Shown here in pieces: positions 1-8,387 of a stretch of 64,000 nt of DNA. The stretch is from Cloacimonetes bacterium UBA6081. GTDB lineage: Bacteria > Cloacimonadota > Cloacimonadia > Cloacimonadales > Cloacimonadaceae. The stretch is from NCBI GenBank assembly GCA_002428685.1, contig DIXL01000034.1, forward strand, positions 49-64,048, read 5' to 3'. The notes below the pieces were generated by a model. That model had not been told where the DNA came from. It saw nothing but the letters and a program-made list of their open reading frames with translations, and did not search any database. A program made the translations under genes and the position numbers. Numbering within the stretch: position 1 is the first letter of the stretch; every line of letters starts with the position of its first letter.

Positions 1-62
1 ACTTGCATGTGTTAGGAACGCCGCCAGCGTTCGTCCTGAGCCAGGATCAAACTCTCCATCAT
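1..62 (-). rRNA. rrs: 16S rRNA gene, 5' end only (the rest lies left of the window)
   Basis: Reverse complement of 1-55 reads AGAGTTTGATCCTGGCTCAGGACGAACGCTGGCGGCGTTCCTAACACATGCAAGT, the universal 27F site and first helices of bacterial 16S rRNA. The exact 5' end (about 55-62) cannot be fixed. Confidence 0.93.
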
Positions 63-297
63 AATTAAATATGACTGAAGTGACAAGAGCTTCATTCTCA
101 CATTCCCACTCTATAAACTTGGTAAAAGAACTGGTGATCGCCGCAAAATCAATCATGTTGCGATCACGTTTTATCAAGAGATCTAACCCCCCTATTTTTG
201 TCAATACATATTTTTGAGCTATTTCTGCTCATAATGCTTGTAGGTTTCATAATACATTGAATAACAAAATGTTAATGAAAGCAGAAATTTCTTTGCT

Positions 298-327
298 TTG
301 GTAGATTTAATTCCCATTTGGTATAAT
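298..327 (+). promoter_or_regulatory. sigma70-like promoter candidate with extended -10 (TTGGTA-N18-TGgTATAAT)
   Basis: TATAAT at 322-327 is preceded by TG at 319-320. TTGGTA at 298-303 lies 18 nt upstream. The site is about 110 nt upstream of the ORF starting at 440. Confidence 0.4.
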
Positions 328-439
328 TAGTGCAGATTAGAAAGCCTGTTTGTGTCTGTTCACAAGTATTAATTGACAGCTCCACGCAGTCTGATTTTAT
401 GGGGATATCATAATTTGAGAGGCTAATTTGAGAGACTGG

Positions 440-1078
440 ATGATCGTATCAGCTTGTGTGTTTGTAATCATAGTCACAGCGTTGTTTGTTTACCAAAGCT
501 TTACTGCGCCTTACAGCACCAAAGCTGCAGAGACTGACAAGATTGATGTCAGTATAGAACCCTTACAAACAGCTAAAATTGATACCATTATTCCAGTGCT
601 CATGCTTTCTGGCTCCAAATATAGCATCACTCCCAAAGCTAAGTATCAAATATCGGGTATGCTTGTAAGCAAACGTCATTATTTGAGAGGGTATATGAAA
701 CATTTATCCCCTTACGATTATGCCCTTATCTGGGGTGATGTTCCGCAATATCTGGAGTTTTTGAAATTTGACCAGATTGTTCGTTTTTGTTTGTTCAAAT
801 ATAAACCTGGGTTGCCAATTAGCGTAGAATATGTAGGTAATCACCTAAGCAATAACCATTTGATCCCAGCCACAAAGAACATTAGAAAAGCTTTGGGCAA
901 GCCCAAAAGGAAAGACCTTATTACTCTTCACGGTTATCTGGTAAAGGTTTATGGTCAGGATAAAAAGGGCAGAACAACTACTTGGAACAGCAGTATGAAT
1001 CGCACGGATGATGGCAACGGCGCGTGCGAAATCATCTACGTAACTCGGCTGAGAATTAATGACGACATCTTTGAATAG
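440..1078 (+). CDS. hypothetical membrane-anchored protein
   Basis: The ORF track gives 428..1078 (TTG start). The ATG at 440 gives an N-terminal hydrophobic helix (IVSACVFVIIVTALFVY) followed by a soluble domain. No family recognised. Confidence 0.6.
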   Translation: MIVSACVFVIIVTALFVYQSFTAPYSTKAAETDKIDVSIEPLQTAKIDTIIPVLMLSGSKYSITPKAKYQISGMLVSKRHYLRGYMKHLSPYDYALIWGDVPQYLEFLKFDQIVRFCLFKYKPGLPISVEYVGNHLSNNHLIPATKNIRKALGKPKRKDLITLHGYLVKVYGQDKKGRTTTWNSSMNRTDDGNGACEIIYVTRLRINDDIFE

Positions 1079-1253
1079 ATTTTACAAATCAGCCAGCATA
1101 GATTCATCTTCTTTAGATTATTTTTACTCACTATTTATTTGAATTAAAATGATGTTACTTCTCAAAAACTGTTACTTATTGGCCTCTGTGCTAATTCATG
1201 TTTCAACCTTGCTTGAATTTTCCTGTAATTGCCCTGTTATTAGCTACAAATTG

Positions 1254-1282
1254 GACAATAACAAGACAATAACATGACAATT
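1254..1282 (+). promoter_or_regulatory. three direct repeats GACAATAACA / GACAATAACA / GACAATT with 11-bp period
   Basis: Repeats start at 1254, 1265 and 1276. They lie about 50-75 bp upstream of a TTGACA (1331-1336) and 120 bp upstream of the ATG at 1401. The one-helical-turn spacing resembles a transcription-factor site. Confidence 0.3.
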
Positions 1283-1400
1283 CGACCCGGCAAGATATCT
1301 GCCCATAGCAAGAGACCAGAGAAAATGGACTTGACATAAACCGCCATTTTTCTGCCCTTGCAGAATGTGTAAAATACAATACGAAAATGGAGTTTATCCG

Positions 1401-2669
1401 ATGAGATTCAGGCTGCTTTTACTACTGATAGTCATTGCCATGATAAATAGTTCCTGCAGCAGTAGCGGCAGACTTTACCGCAAGGCTAACAAACACTATC
1501 AGAAAGGCTTATATGAGGTTTCTGTTCAAGAGGCAGCAAACTCTCTGCGTCAAAAACCCGATAACGCCAAAGCTCAGGATTTGTTAGTGCAGGCCTGGGA
1601 AACAGCGGTAAAAAACCGTGAAGACAGAGTAAGCAACCTGGCGCAAAGTAGCAATCCCAATAAATGGGAACTGATTTTGGAAGAATATACTGCGCTTCAG
1701 GCTTTGGGTAGCAGTTTACAAACCTTACCCACTTTGGTAAACCCCTATTCCGGTTACAGAGTGCTGATCAATATCCCAGACTTAAGCGAAAAGATAAACA
1801 ACAGTCGTGAAAACGCAGCCGAAAACCGCTACCAGTCCGGCATTCGCTATGCAAAAATCTCCAACGATATCGACACACAAAAAAAAGCAGCCCTCGAGTT
1901 TAAGGCAGCTTTGAACTTTATCCCAGATTACAAAGACGCCTCCTTGCGCTATGACCAGTGCCGCAAACAAGCCATCAAGCGTATCGCTATCAGCCCCTTT
2001 GAAGATAAAAGCAACAGCCGCAGCCGCTTTGGAGCTATAGCAGATTTACTCACAGACCACATCATCAGCCAGATAATTTCCTACACAGCCAATAGCGATT
2101 TTATAGAAGTTATAGCCCGTTCGCAGATGGATGCAGTGCTGGCAGAACAACAGCTCAGTGCTTCGGGTTTGGTTAGCGAATCCAGCACGGTTCGGCTTGG
2201 TCAAATCTTAGGTGCCCACGAAATCCTCACCGGGCGCATTTTGCAGGTTAGCGTTACTCCCTCACGCACCGTCAGCGTTACCCAGGAAGCCCGTGCTAAG
2301 GTTGTAATAGGCAAAGAAGACTACATAGATGAAGAAGGTAAAACCCGTCAAAGAGACGTCCATGGCGAAGTTAGCTGTCAATATCGTAAATACACCAAAT
2401 CTGCAGGAGTAAACGTATCCGGCTCTTTTAGCATTATAGACGTGGAAACGGGCAAAATTAAGCTACAGGAAAGCCTGGAGGTCAAAAACCCCTGGGCAGA
2501 CAGCTGGTGCCGTAAAATCTCTGGCGATGACCGCGCTTTAAGCCACAGCCTGAAAACCCAGATTGCCAAAGCAGAGCCCTTTCCACCTGAAGATAGTGAG
2601 ATGGTAATGGACGCTTTGAGGCAGCTTGGTTCTGCAGTTGTATCCAAAACCCGCAATTATCTGAATTAA
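1401..2669 (+). CDS. CsgG/LpoB-like (TolB-N-like fold) lipoprotein with helical N-terminal region
   Basis: The ATG at 1401 follows GGAG and gives signal peptide MRFRLLLLLIVIAMINSSC (lipobox Cys). The segment KRIAISPFEDKSN...FGAIADLLTDHIISQI...IARSQMDAVLAEQQLSASGLVSE...LGQILGAHEILTGRI matches the CsgG/HfaB/LpoB-type pattern. Confidence 0.6.
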   Translation: MRFRLLLLLIVIAMINSSCSSSGRLYRKANKHYQKGLYEVSVQEAANSLRQKPDNAKAQDLLVQAWETAVKNREDRVSNLAQSSNPNKWELILEEYTALQALGSSLQTLPTLVNPYSGYRVLINIPDLSEKINNSRENAAENRYQSGIRYAKISNDIDTQKKAALEFKAALNFIPDYKDASLRYDQCRKQAIKRIAISPFEDKSNSRSRFGAIADLLTDHIISQIISYTANSDFIEVIARSQMDAVLAEQQLSASGLVSESSTVRLGQILGAHEILTGRILQVSVTPSRTVSVTQEARAKVVIGKEDYIDEEGKTRQRDVHGEVSCQYRKYTKSAGVNVSGSFSIIDVETGKIKLQESLEVKNPWADSWCRKISGDDRALSHSLKTQIAKAEPFPPEDSEMVMDALRQLGSAVVSKTRNYLN

Positions 2670-2672
2670 ACC

Positions 2673-4001
2673 ATGAAGAATATCATATATCTTGCGCTTT
2701 TACTAATCGTTAGCTCTTGTGCGCTTGGAAACAATGAGCCCGCCTGGGTGCAACAAAATCCCACCGACAACTTATACTACAATGCCGTGGTTAGGATAAA
2801 CAAAAAAGCTCCCAACTACGTTGATTTGGCCAGAGATAATGCTTTGAAAGACATCTCCATGCAGATTAGCGTGGTTATTGATTCCAAAGTTGCTTTAACC
2901 GAAGGCGAGATAAACGGTGTTCCCTCTGCCGAGATTATCAACCAAATCCGCACCTCCAGCCGTAACAAACTGGCCAACGTCCAACTGGCAGGCAGCTATC
3001 AAACCGATAAGGACTACTGGGCATATTACCGCCTGTCCAAAAGCGAATACCATCACTGGAGGCAAGAACAGCGCAATCTGGCCATGCAACAAGCCATCCC
3101 TTTGCTTCAGGAGTTCGACGCTGCAACCAGCGATATCGCCTCTGGAATAACCGCCCTGCTAAAGGCTATGGAGCTGACAATTGATTTTGCAGATATGGAT
3201 TTGACAACCAGTTATAAAGGACAAAACATCAATCTTTACAACGAACTCTTAGCCAGGCTGAATCGCATGCCGGAGAGCATAGAACTACACTACTCGGTAA
3301 AAGAGCTAACCCTGGTGGCAAAACAGCGAAACCGCCACATCGTTCCTGTAAGTGTTGCCTATCGCAGTGTTCCCTGTAAAAGCTTTCCGCTATCCTTCAA
3401 TTTTCGTGGGGGTGCCGGCGACATTGTGCAGAAAACATTTACGGACAGCGAGGCAAAAGCGGATTTGATTATCCGCAGAATTACTGATTTTGCTGACCCT
3501 CAGTTCATAGAAATGAAAGCAGATAAAGATTATTGGCTCACCCGCATCGAAAGCCCGGTGATAAAGCACATGTTGGAACTATTACAATTCCAGCCTGCTA
3601 CGTTAAAGCTGAATGTCAGCCGGCCAAAGGCATTTATAGACTATAGTTTTGATAACACATCCGGAAGCTCATACCGTGATTTATTGACCAAGAAGCTACA
3701 AGACCTTGACCTGGAAGTGGTGGCAGACAGTGCTAAAAGCGACTATATCTTTAAAGTAATAATCATTAGCAAGGATGGCGATTTCGTTTCCCGTTTGAAC
3801 CTGTTCTCCGCTTCTGCAGATGCCTTTGTGGATTTAAGACAGACCAAAGGCTACAAAAGCCTCTATAATACGAACTTAACCGGCACAAAAAGCACCGGCT
3901 CCAGTAGAGACGCTGCCATCAAAATGAGTGAATTGAATGCCATTGCGGAAGTATGTGATAAGCTGCTGTATATGCTTGTGGAACAGCACATTATGCAATA
4001 A
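2673..4001 (+). CDS. LPP20-family-like lipoprotein
   Basis: Signal peptide and lipobox MKNIIYLALLLIVSSC are followed by PAWVQQNPTDNLYYNAV, typical of LPP20-type lipoproteins. The gene starts 4 nt after the preceding gene, so it is probably co-transcribed. Confidence 0.5.
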   Translation: MKNIIYLALLLIVSSCALGNNEPAWVQQNPTDNLYYNAVVRINKKAPNYVDLARDNALKDISMQISVVIDSKVALTEGEINGVPSAEIINQIRTSSRNKLANVQLAGSYQTDKDYWAYYRLSKSEYHHWRQEQRNLAMQQAIPLLQEFDAATSDIASGITALLKAMELTIDFADMDLTTSYKGQNINLYNELLARLNRMPESIELHYSVKELTLVAKQRNRHIVPVSVAYRSVPCKSFPLSFNFRGGAGDIVQKTFTDSEAKADLIIRRITDFADPQFIEMKADKDYWLTRIESPVIKHMLELLQFQPATLKLNVSRPKAFIDYSFDNTSGSSYRDLLTKKLQDLDLEVVADSAKSDYIFKVIIISKDGDFVSRLNLFSASADAFVDLRQTKGYKSLYNTNLTGTKSTGSSRDAAIKMSELNAIAEVCDKLLYMLVEQHIMQ

Positions 4002-4027
4002 ATTGGGTTACAAGGTGATTTGGCGCA

Positions 4028-4181
4028 GTGGAAAAGTGGAAAGGTGAAAACCGTTTTGATCTGACACCGTTCTAAGTGTGGAGTCGTTTCAGCCCTTACC
4101 TTCAACAAAGTTGTATCCCAATTTCGAGGCTGAAAGGACTACACATGTCTGAGCTGACACCTGTTACCTGAAACCTGACAC
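4028..4181. repeat. composite intergenic repeat: word block GTGGAAAAGTGGAAAGGTGAAAACC, family-A palindromic element (4076-4145) and CTGACACC/GAAACC words
   Basis: Arms GTGTGGAGTCGTTTCAGCC (4076-4094) and GGCTGAAAGGACTACACA (4128-4145) are imperfect reverse complements (15/17 pairs). The same element occurs at 11628-11698 and 33397-33465. The 4028-4052 block recurs at 50032-55. Confidence 0.85.
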
Positions 4182-5084
4182 CTATTTTAATTCCAACCAT
4201 GAACCAGCTTTCATTTTCCCGCCCTTATACTTTTTGCTATTCTGTTTGTATTCCCTCAATTCCAGTTCCTTCCAATCCCAAGCAAGGTTTTCTCCCAGCT
4301 CTGTTATGTCCTTTAAGGCAGTTTTGCGAATAAAGGCAATAGGCCCGCATTGCAGATAAATTATCTCACCCATTTGGTCAAAGGCTTTCAGTTTGTTTGC
4401 TGCCGATGATTCTGCGGTAAGGTGAAGCTTATTATCCTGCTTTGCGATAATAGAACAACCCACCAAATCATCCGGATAGCGCAACCTTATACTCTGCATC
4501 TGTTTATCCACCAAAAGCACCTCTGCAGCTTCCTGGACAAAAGCTTCACGCATAAGTGTCTCCATGGAAACGCTACGATCACCCATATTCCCTTGCATTT
4601 TAAGCGTGTCAAACCAATTGTCCCAAACATAAATCTGTCGGGGTGCTAACATCGGCTTAAAATCTTCCAGTTGGATGCTCTTTAAATTCCGCGGCCATTT
4701 ACTTTCGCGAAAACTGGGGACTATAATTCTGATATCGTAGTCCGAAAGTTGCCTTCCGTCTTGTTTCAAGGCCAGATATGCGGTATTGGATTTTAGTTCA
4801 AGACGGCTGAAATTCAGCACATAGCCATCGTTCGTCGCCAAACGCATACTGTGCCATTTATCACCTGCCAGGCTTCTCAACCAGGGCAGCAATTCTATGC
4901 CTTGCCATTTTTCTTTCAATTGTGTTCCATCTTTGTCTCGCACCGTTTCAAACCCAAGCAGTTTGCTTTGTTGCAATTCACTGGTGTTAAGCCTCCAGCT
5001 ACGCCCATCATGGTGCCTTAGCTCAATTCCGGACAAGCTGCATAGCATAGATAAGAGCGAGATAATCATTACTAATCTGCGCAT
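4182..5084 (-). CDS. secreted hypothetical protein
   Basis: N-terminal signal-like MRRLVMIISLLSMLCSLSG. The internal pattern WQGIELLPWL...MRLATNDGYVLNF...DIRIIVP...W weakly recalls the sulfite-oxidase/YedY-type fold, which is unverified. Confidence 0.55.
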   Translation of the reverse strand: MRRLVMIISLLSMLCSLSGIELRHHDGRSWRLNTSELQQSKLLGFETVRDKDGTQLKEKWQGIELLPWLRSLAGDKWHSMRLATNDGYVLNFSRLELKSNTAYLALKQDGRQLSDYDIRIIVPSFRESKWPRNLKSIQLEDFKPMLAPRQIYVWDNWFDTLKMQGNMGDRSVSMETLMREAFVQEAAEVLLVDKQMQSIRLRYPDDLVGCSIIAKQDNKLHLTAESSAANKLKAFDQMGEIIYLQCGPIAFIRKTALKDITELGENLAWDWKELELREYKQNSKKYKGGKMKAGSWLELK

Positions 5085-5329
5085 TTTATTTCCTTTTTAG
5101 TTTATGATCCCAATGTTTCTGACATACATAATTTTGTCAATTAGGCCGAAAATTATTGACATAAACTCCCTCTTGTTTTTGTTTGTGCATAGGCCGAGTG
5201 AAAGTTCCTAAACATTAGCATGGGCTTATCACCGATAGGGTATAGCGGGAAACGGCTATGCCTCCCTTTGGAAAGGCTTTGACGGAAATCTTATCCGCGA
5301 TAGCCTCCTGCTTTTCATGGAGGATAAAA

Positions 5330-6133
5330 ATGAAAAGAACTTTATTTATTACAGCAATGCTGCTTGCGCTGTTAATCTTTGCCTGCAGCGAAAAGGACAA
5401 CAACCCCACCGACACAAACATCTATGGCTACAGCCTGGAGCAATTTATCACCAAACTAACCGTGCGTAATCTTGTAGATCCAACTGTGGCTGATACAACC
5501 GATTTTCGTGCTTTGTTCAATTACGAAATTGTCGGCAGTGATGGCTGGAGCCCGCGGCAGTCCTCCAATGCAGGTTACGACCTTGGCTGGAACATCTTTA
5601 AAATAGGATTCCTTGTTCCATCCGATAACCGAAAAACCTGGTTTTCCGACACCTCTTTACCCAGTGCTTTCAAGGTTAAAAACGCTGAAAGTGTAAAACT
5701 CTACCGCAAGGTGGATGTTGAAACCGGAAGGGCTGTAAATTCCATTGAACTTAAAGGTTTACAGTTGCATAGCATAAACAACTGGAGTCAAACCCCCGAG
5801 GATGCCATCAAGCTAAGTGACCTTTTGCAGGGAGTGGATTCGTTAACATCGGTTAGGCTAATTGCAATTGACGGCTATACAATGGATTACACGCCAGAGC
5901 AAATTGCTGATGGCTACTATTTATTGAATTCAGAAGTAACCACCTTCCCCACTTTCAATAGCGAAATGGACGGTTCCCAAAAGAAATTCAAAAAGCTGCT
6001 GCGTATGGAAGTTCTGGGTTCCCTCAGCCAAACCTTCTCTTTCTCTTTGGCCAGCCATGATCTTGCAAGCCTAAGTTTCACTATTCCGCAAGATCTAACT
6101 GGCTACGAAGCTACGATTTTAACGGGATACTAA
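5330..6133 (+). CDS. hypothetical lipoprotein
   Basis: The ATG at 5330 is preceded by GGAGG (5319-5323) and gives MKRTLFITAMLLALLIFAC (lipobox). The longer track ORF from 5258 lacks a signal peptide. VRLIAIDGYTMDY repeats the motif seen in the 4182-5084 protein. Confidence 0.6.
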   Translation: MKRTLFITAMLLALLIFACSEKDNNPTDTNIYGYSLEQFITKLTVRNLVDPTVADTTDFRALFNYEIVGSDGWSPRQSSNAGYDLGWNIFKIGFLVPSDNRKTWFSDTSLPSAFKVKNAESVKLYRKVDVETGRAVNSIELKGLQLHSINNWSQTPEDAIKLSDLLQGVDSLTSVRLIAIDGYTMDYTPEQIADGYYLLNSEVTTFPTFNSEMDGSQKKFKKLLRMEVLGSLSQTFSFSLASHDLASLSFTIPQDLTGYEATILTGY

Positions 6134-6156
6134 TACATTGTCAAGCCTGCTAACAA

Positions 6157-6298
6157 ATTGTCGTTCCCGCGGAGGCGGGAATCCAGCTCAGTAAAAGCTC
6201 TGAAAGAGCGGTAGAAAGGTAAGTATATGCTTCGACATTTTGTGTCATCCCTGCGGGATTATAAAGGGCTGGATTCCCGCCTCCGCGGGAACGACAAT
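6157..6298. repeat. perfect 31-bp inverted repeat flanking an 80-nt spacer, with nested small hairpins
   Basis: ATTGTCGTTCCCGCGGAGGCGGGAATCCAGC (6157-6187) is the exact reverse complement of 6268-6298. Each arm contains TCCCGC-GGAG-GCGGGA. The spacer contains GCTCT-GAA-AGAGC (6197-6209) and ATCCC-TGC-GGGAT (6247-6259). Confidence 0.9.
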
Positions 6299-6366
6299 AT
6301 CATCAAAGACATTTTGAGGCACTAATCTGAAAATGAATATCTGCGAAATCTGCGTGCAAATATATT

Positions 6367-8247
6367 ATGCGTAATCTACTCTGTCTATCAGTGTTTATCC
6401 TACTTGTTTCAAATCTATTTGCCAGCCAAACCCCCGATAGCCTGAAGACCTTTTATCTACCAACCGTTAGGGTTATAGTGAGCAAAAACTCCGAAGCCAT
6501 TGGTATTTTATCTCATCTTTCGGGTGATAAAATTGCTTCTGCCGGTACCATTCAAGAGGCAATGCAAAACACTCCGGGTATAACTGCAACCAGTGGCAGC
6601 AAGGACGAAAGCAATTTGCGCTTAAGGGGATTTCGCAAGAATGAGGTGAAAATCCTGATTGATGGCAGGCCTCTCACCAATGGCTATTTTGGCAACGTGG
6701 ATATTAGTAAACTGGCTTTGCTGGACATCGCCGAAATTCAGGTTATCAAAGGGCCAGCATCTCCCCTATTTGGCACAAACACAATGGGTGGAGTGCTGAA
6801 TATCATCACCAAAAACCCCAACCCCAAAGACTGGATGCAGCTTAATCTTGCCCTTAAACGCAATAATACTCAGCAGGTTAGCATCGAGTCTTCGCATCGC
6901 TTTTTGAATTGGGATTATGCCTTGGGCATGGCGATGGACAACACCGCTGGCTTTGTGCTCTCGGACGATTTTTCTCCTACTTATTCTGAAAATGGAGGAG
7001 TCCGAAACAATAGCGACAAAAGAGGTTACAACCTTCGCGGCTCGTTGGGAAGTGAATTGTTCACCTATCACGGCGTTCATCTATCGTTTGGTTACAGCGG
7101 TATGGACAAAAAAGACATCCCCTCTTCCATTTACGAGCGCAAATTCCGCCGATATGAGGCTTGGAATCGCTACAATGCAGGTGCAAGCGGAGAATTCAGA
7201 TTATCCGACTACGCCCAGCTATTCACGCTGATTTCTTTGGACGGAGCAGCAGACCGCTATTTGGAATACCGCGAACCCACTTTATCGGTGGTTGATGTAG
7301 ATTCGGACATGAAAAATACTTCTCTTGCCATAGCTCCCCGGATTAAATGGCAACTAAACGGCAATAAATCGCTGGATTTTGGCTACCGCCTCGAACTGCA
7401 AACCAACAAACGCAAAGATAATGGTGAGTATCTAAACTGGACGCAAAGTTCCTTGCAGCTTCACAGCCTGTTCTGCCAGTTCGAACAGCAGCTATCAGAT
7501 GCCTGCAGGCTTACTTCCGCGCTTGGTTTAGCCGGCAGTATCAACGATCTCAAAAGCAAAATGCAGCTTATTCCGGAACCTGCTATAGGCTTGGTTTATG
7601 AGGGTGCAAAAGGTCAAAACACTGCTATATCCCTGGGGATTTCCAGTGCTCGGCCAACTATGCGCCAGCTTTTTTCCACTTCCAAAGGTAATCCCCGGCT
7701 AAAACCCCAATATGCCTATAAAGCTGAAATCAGCCATTTTCAACCCTTGGTCAAGCAGTCTATCAGCCTTTCCAATAGCGTGTTTTACAACGACACCCAC
7801 CGCTTGATTGATCTTTATCAGGGGAAATACGAAAACATCTATGCGGTACAAAGTTATGGGCTTGAATCATCCCTAAACATAAACCCTATAAACCGTTACG
7901 ATTTTTCTATCTCTTACTCTTATCTGGATTACAGTGTGGGTAGTGATTACCGTTTAACCGAAACCCCCAAACATTCGCTTGACTTTGCTCAAAGGCTGAA
8001 ATTGCCATATAATATGAAACTACAAGCAAACTCTTCCTACCGACATAATCGCCTGTCTCAGGATGAAATAGGCACATATCACAAACTTCCCTCATATTGG
8101 TTGCATAATGTATTATGGCAAATCCCCTGGCAGCGGATAACGTTCTCGCTGGGAATTCAAAATATCCTGGACGCCAATTACCAGGGAGAATATGGCTTTC
8201 CTGCCGAGGGCAGAAACTTCTCCCTTGGCATTAAGCTAACTATATAA
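6367..8247 (+). CDS. TonB-dependent outer-membrane receptor
   Basis: Signal peptide is followed by plug-domain motifs (NLRLRGFRKNEVKILIDGRPLTN...IAEIQVIKGPASPLFGTNTMGGVLNIITK) and a long beta-barrel region. At 626 aa it is typical of small TBDRs. Confidence 0.85.
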   Translation: MRNLLCLSVFILLVSNLFASQTPDSLKTFYLPTVRVIVSKNSEAIGILSHLSGDKIASAGTIQEAMQNTPGITATSGSKDESNLRLRGFRKNEVKILIDGRPLTNGYFGNVDISKLALLDIAEIQVIKGPASPLFGTNTMGGVLNIITKNPNPKDWMQLNLALKRNNTQQVSIESSHRFLNWDYALGMAMDNTAGFVLSDDFSPTYSENGGVRNNSDKRGYNLRGSLGSELFTYHGVHLSFGYSGMDKKDIPSSIYERKFRRYEAWNRYNAGASGEFRLSDYAQLFTLISLDGAADRYLEYREPTLSVVDVDSDMKNTSLAIAPRIKWQLNGNKSLDFGYRLELQTNKRKDNGEYLNWTQSSLQLHSLFCQFEQQLSDACRLTSALGLAGSINDLKSKMQLIPEPAIGLVYEGAKGQNTAISLGISSARPTMRQLFSTSKGNPRLKPQYAYKAEISHFQPLVKQSISLSNSVFYNDTHRLIDLYQGKYENIYAVQSYGLESSLNINPINRYDFSISYSYLDYSVGSDYRLTETPKHSLDFAQRLKLPYNMKLQANSSYRHNRLSQDEIGTYHKLPSYWLHNVLWQIPWQRITFSLGIQNILDANYQGEYGFPAEGRNFSLGIKLTI

Positions 8248-8387
8248 CACACAAACACATACCCGCTCCCCTCTTTTTCCTTCCTTGCTTCAAAGCCTTA
8301 ATCAAGTGTTAATCTACCCTTAATTAACGCTTTGGATAATGCAAGAATGATGGAATTGATTAGGATTTTTATTGGATTAATTGTGGA

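Noticed and set aside
60-300. rRNA operon promoter and boxA antiterminator upstream of the 16S gene (minus strand)
   Set aside because: A TTGACA (complement of 199-204) has no acceptable -10 at 16-18 nt. GCTCTTGTCAC (complement of 82-92) only partly resembles boxA (TGCTCTTTAACAA). An 8-bp inverted repeat GTGATCGC/GCGATCAC at about 144-176 is present, but its role cannot be assigned.
1365-1400. Upstream start (ATG at 1365) for the CsgG-like lipoprotein
   Set aside because: The extra 12 residues (MCKIQYENGVYP) precede a perfect signal peptide that begins at the ATG at 1401. That ATG has a GGAG RBS 8 nt upstream.
5304-5323. Anti-Shine-Dalgarno hairpin (CCTCC...GGAGG) sequestering the RBS of the lipoprotein gene at 5330
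   Set aside because: It has only a 5-bp stem with a 10-nt loop, which is too weak to claim regulation without conservation or probing data.
6134-6366. Cobalamin riboswitch upstream of the BtuB-sized TonB-dependent receptor, which lies next to a B12-dependent mutase operon
   Set aside because: I could not find the B12 box (consensus like AGYCMGGAGACCKGCC / GCCACTG) or the conserved GGGAA...GGTGAAAATCC core. The structure is a perfect 31-bp inverted repeat, which is not riboswitch-like. An Infernal scan with RF00174 would settle it.
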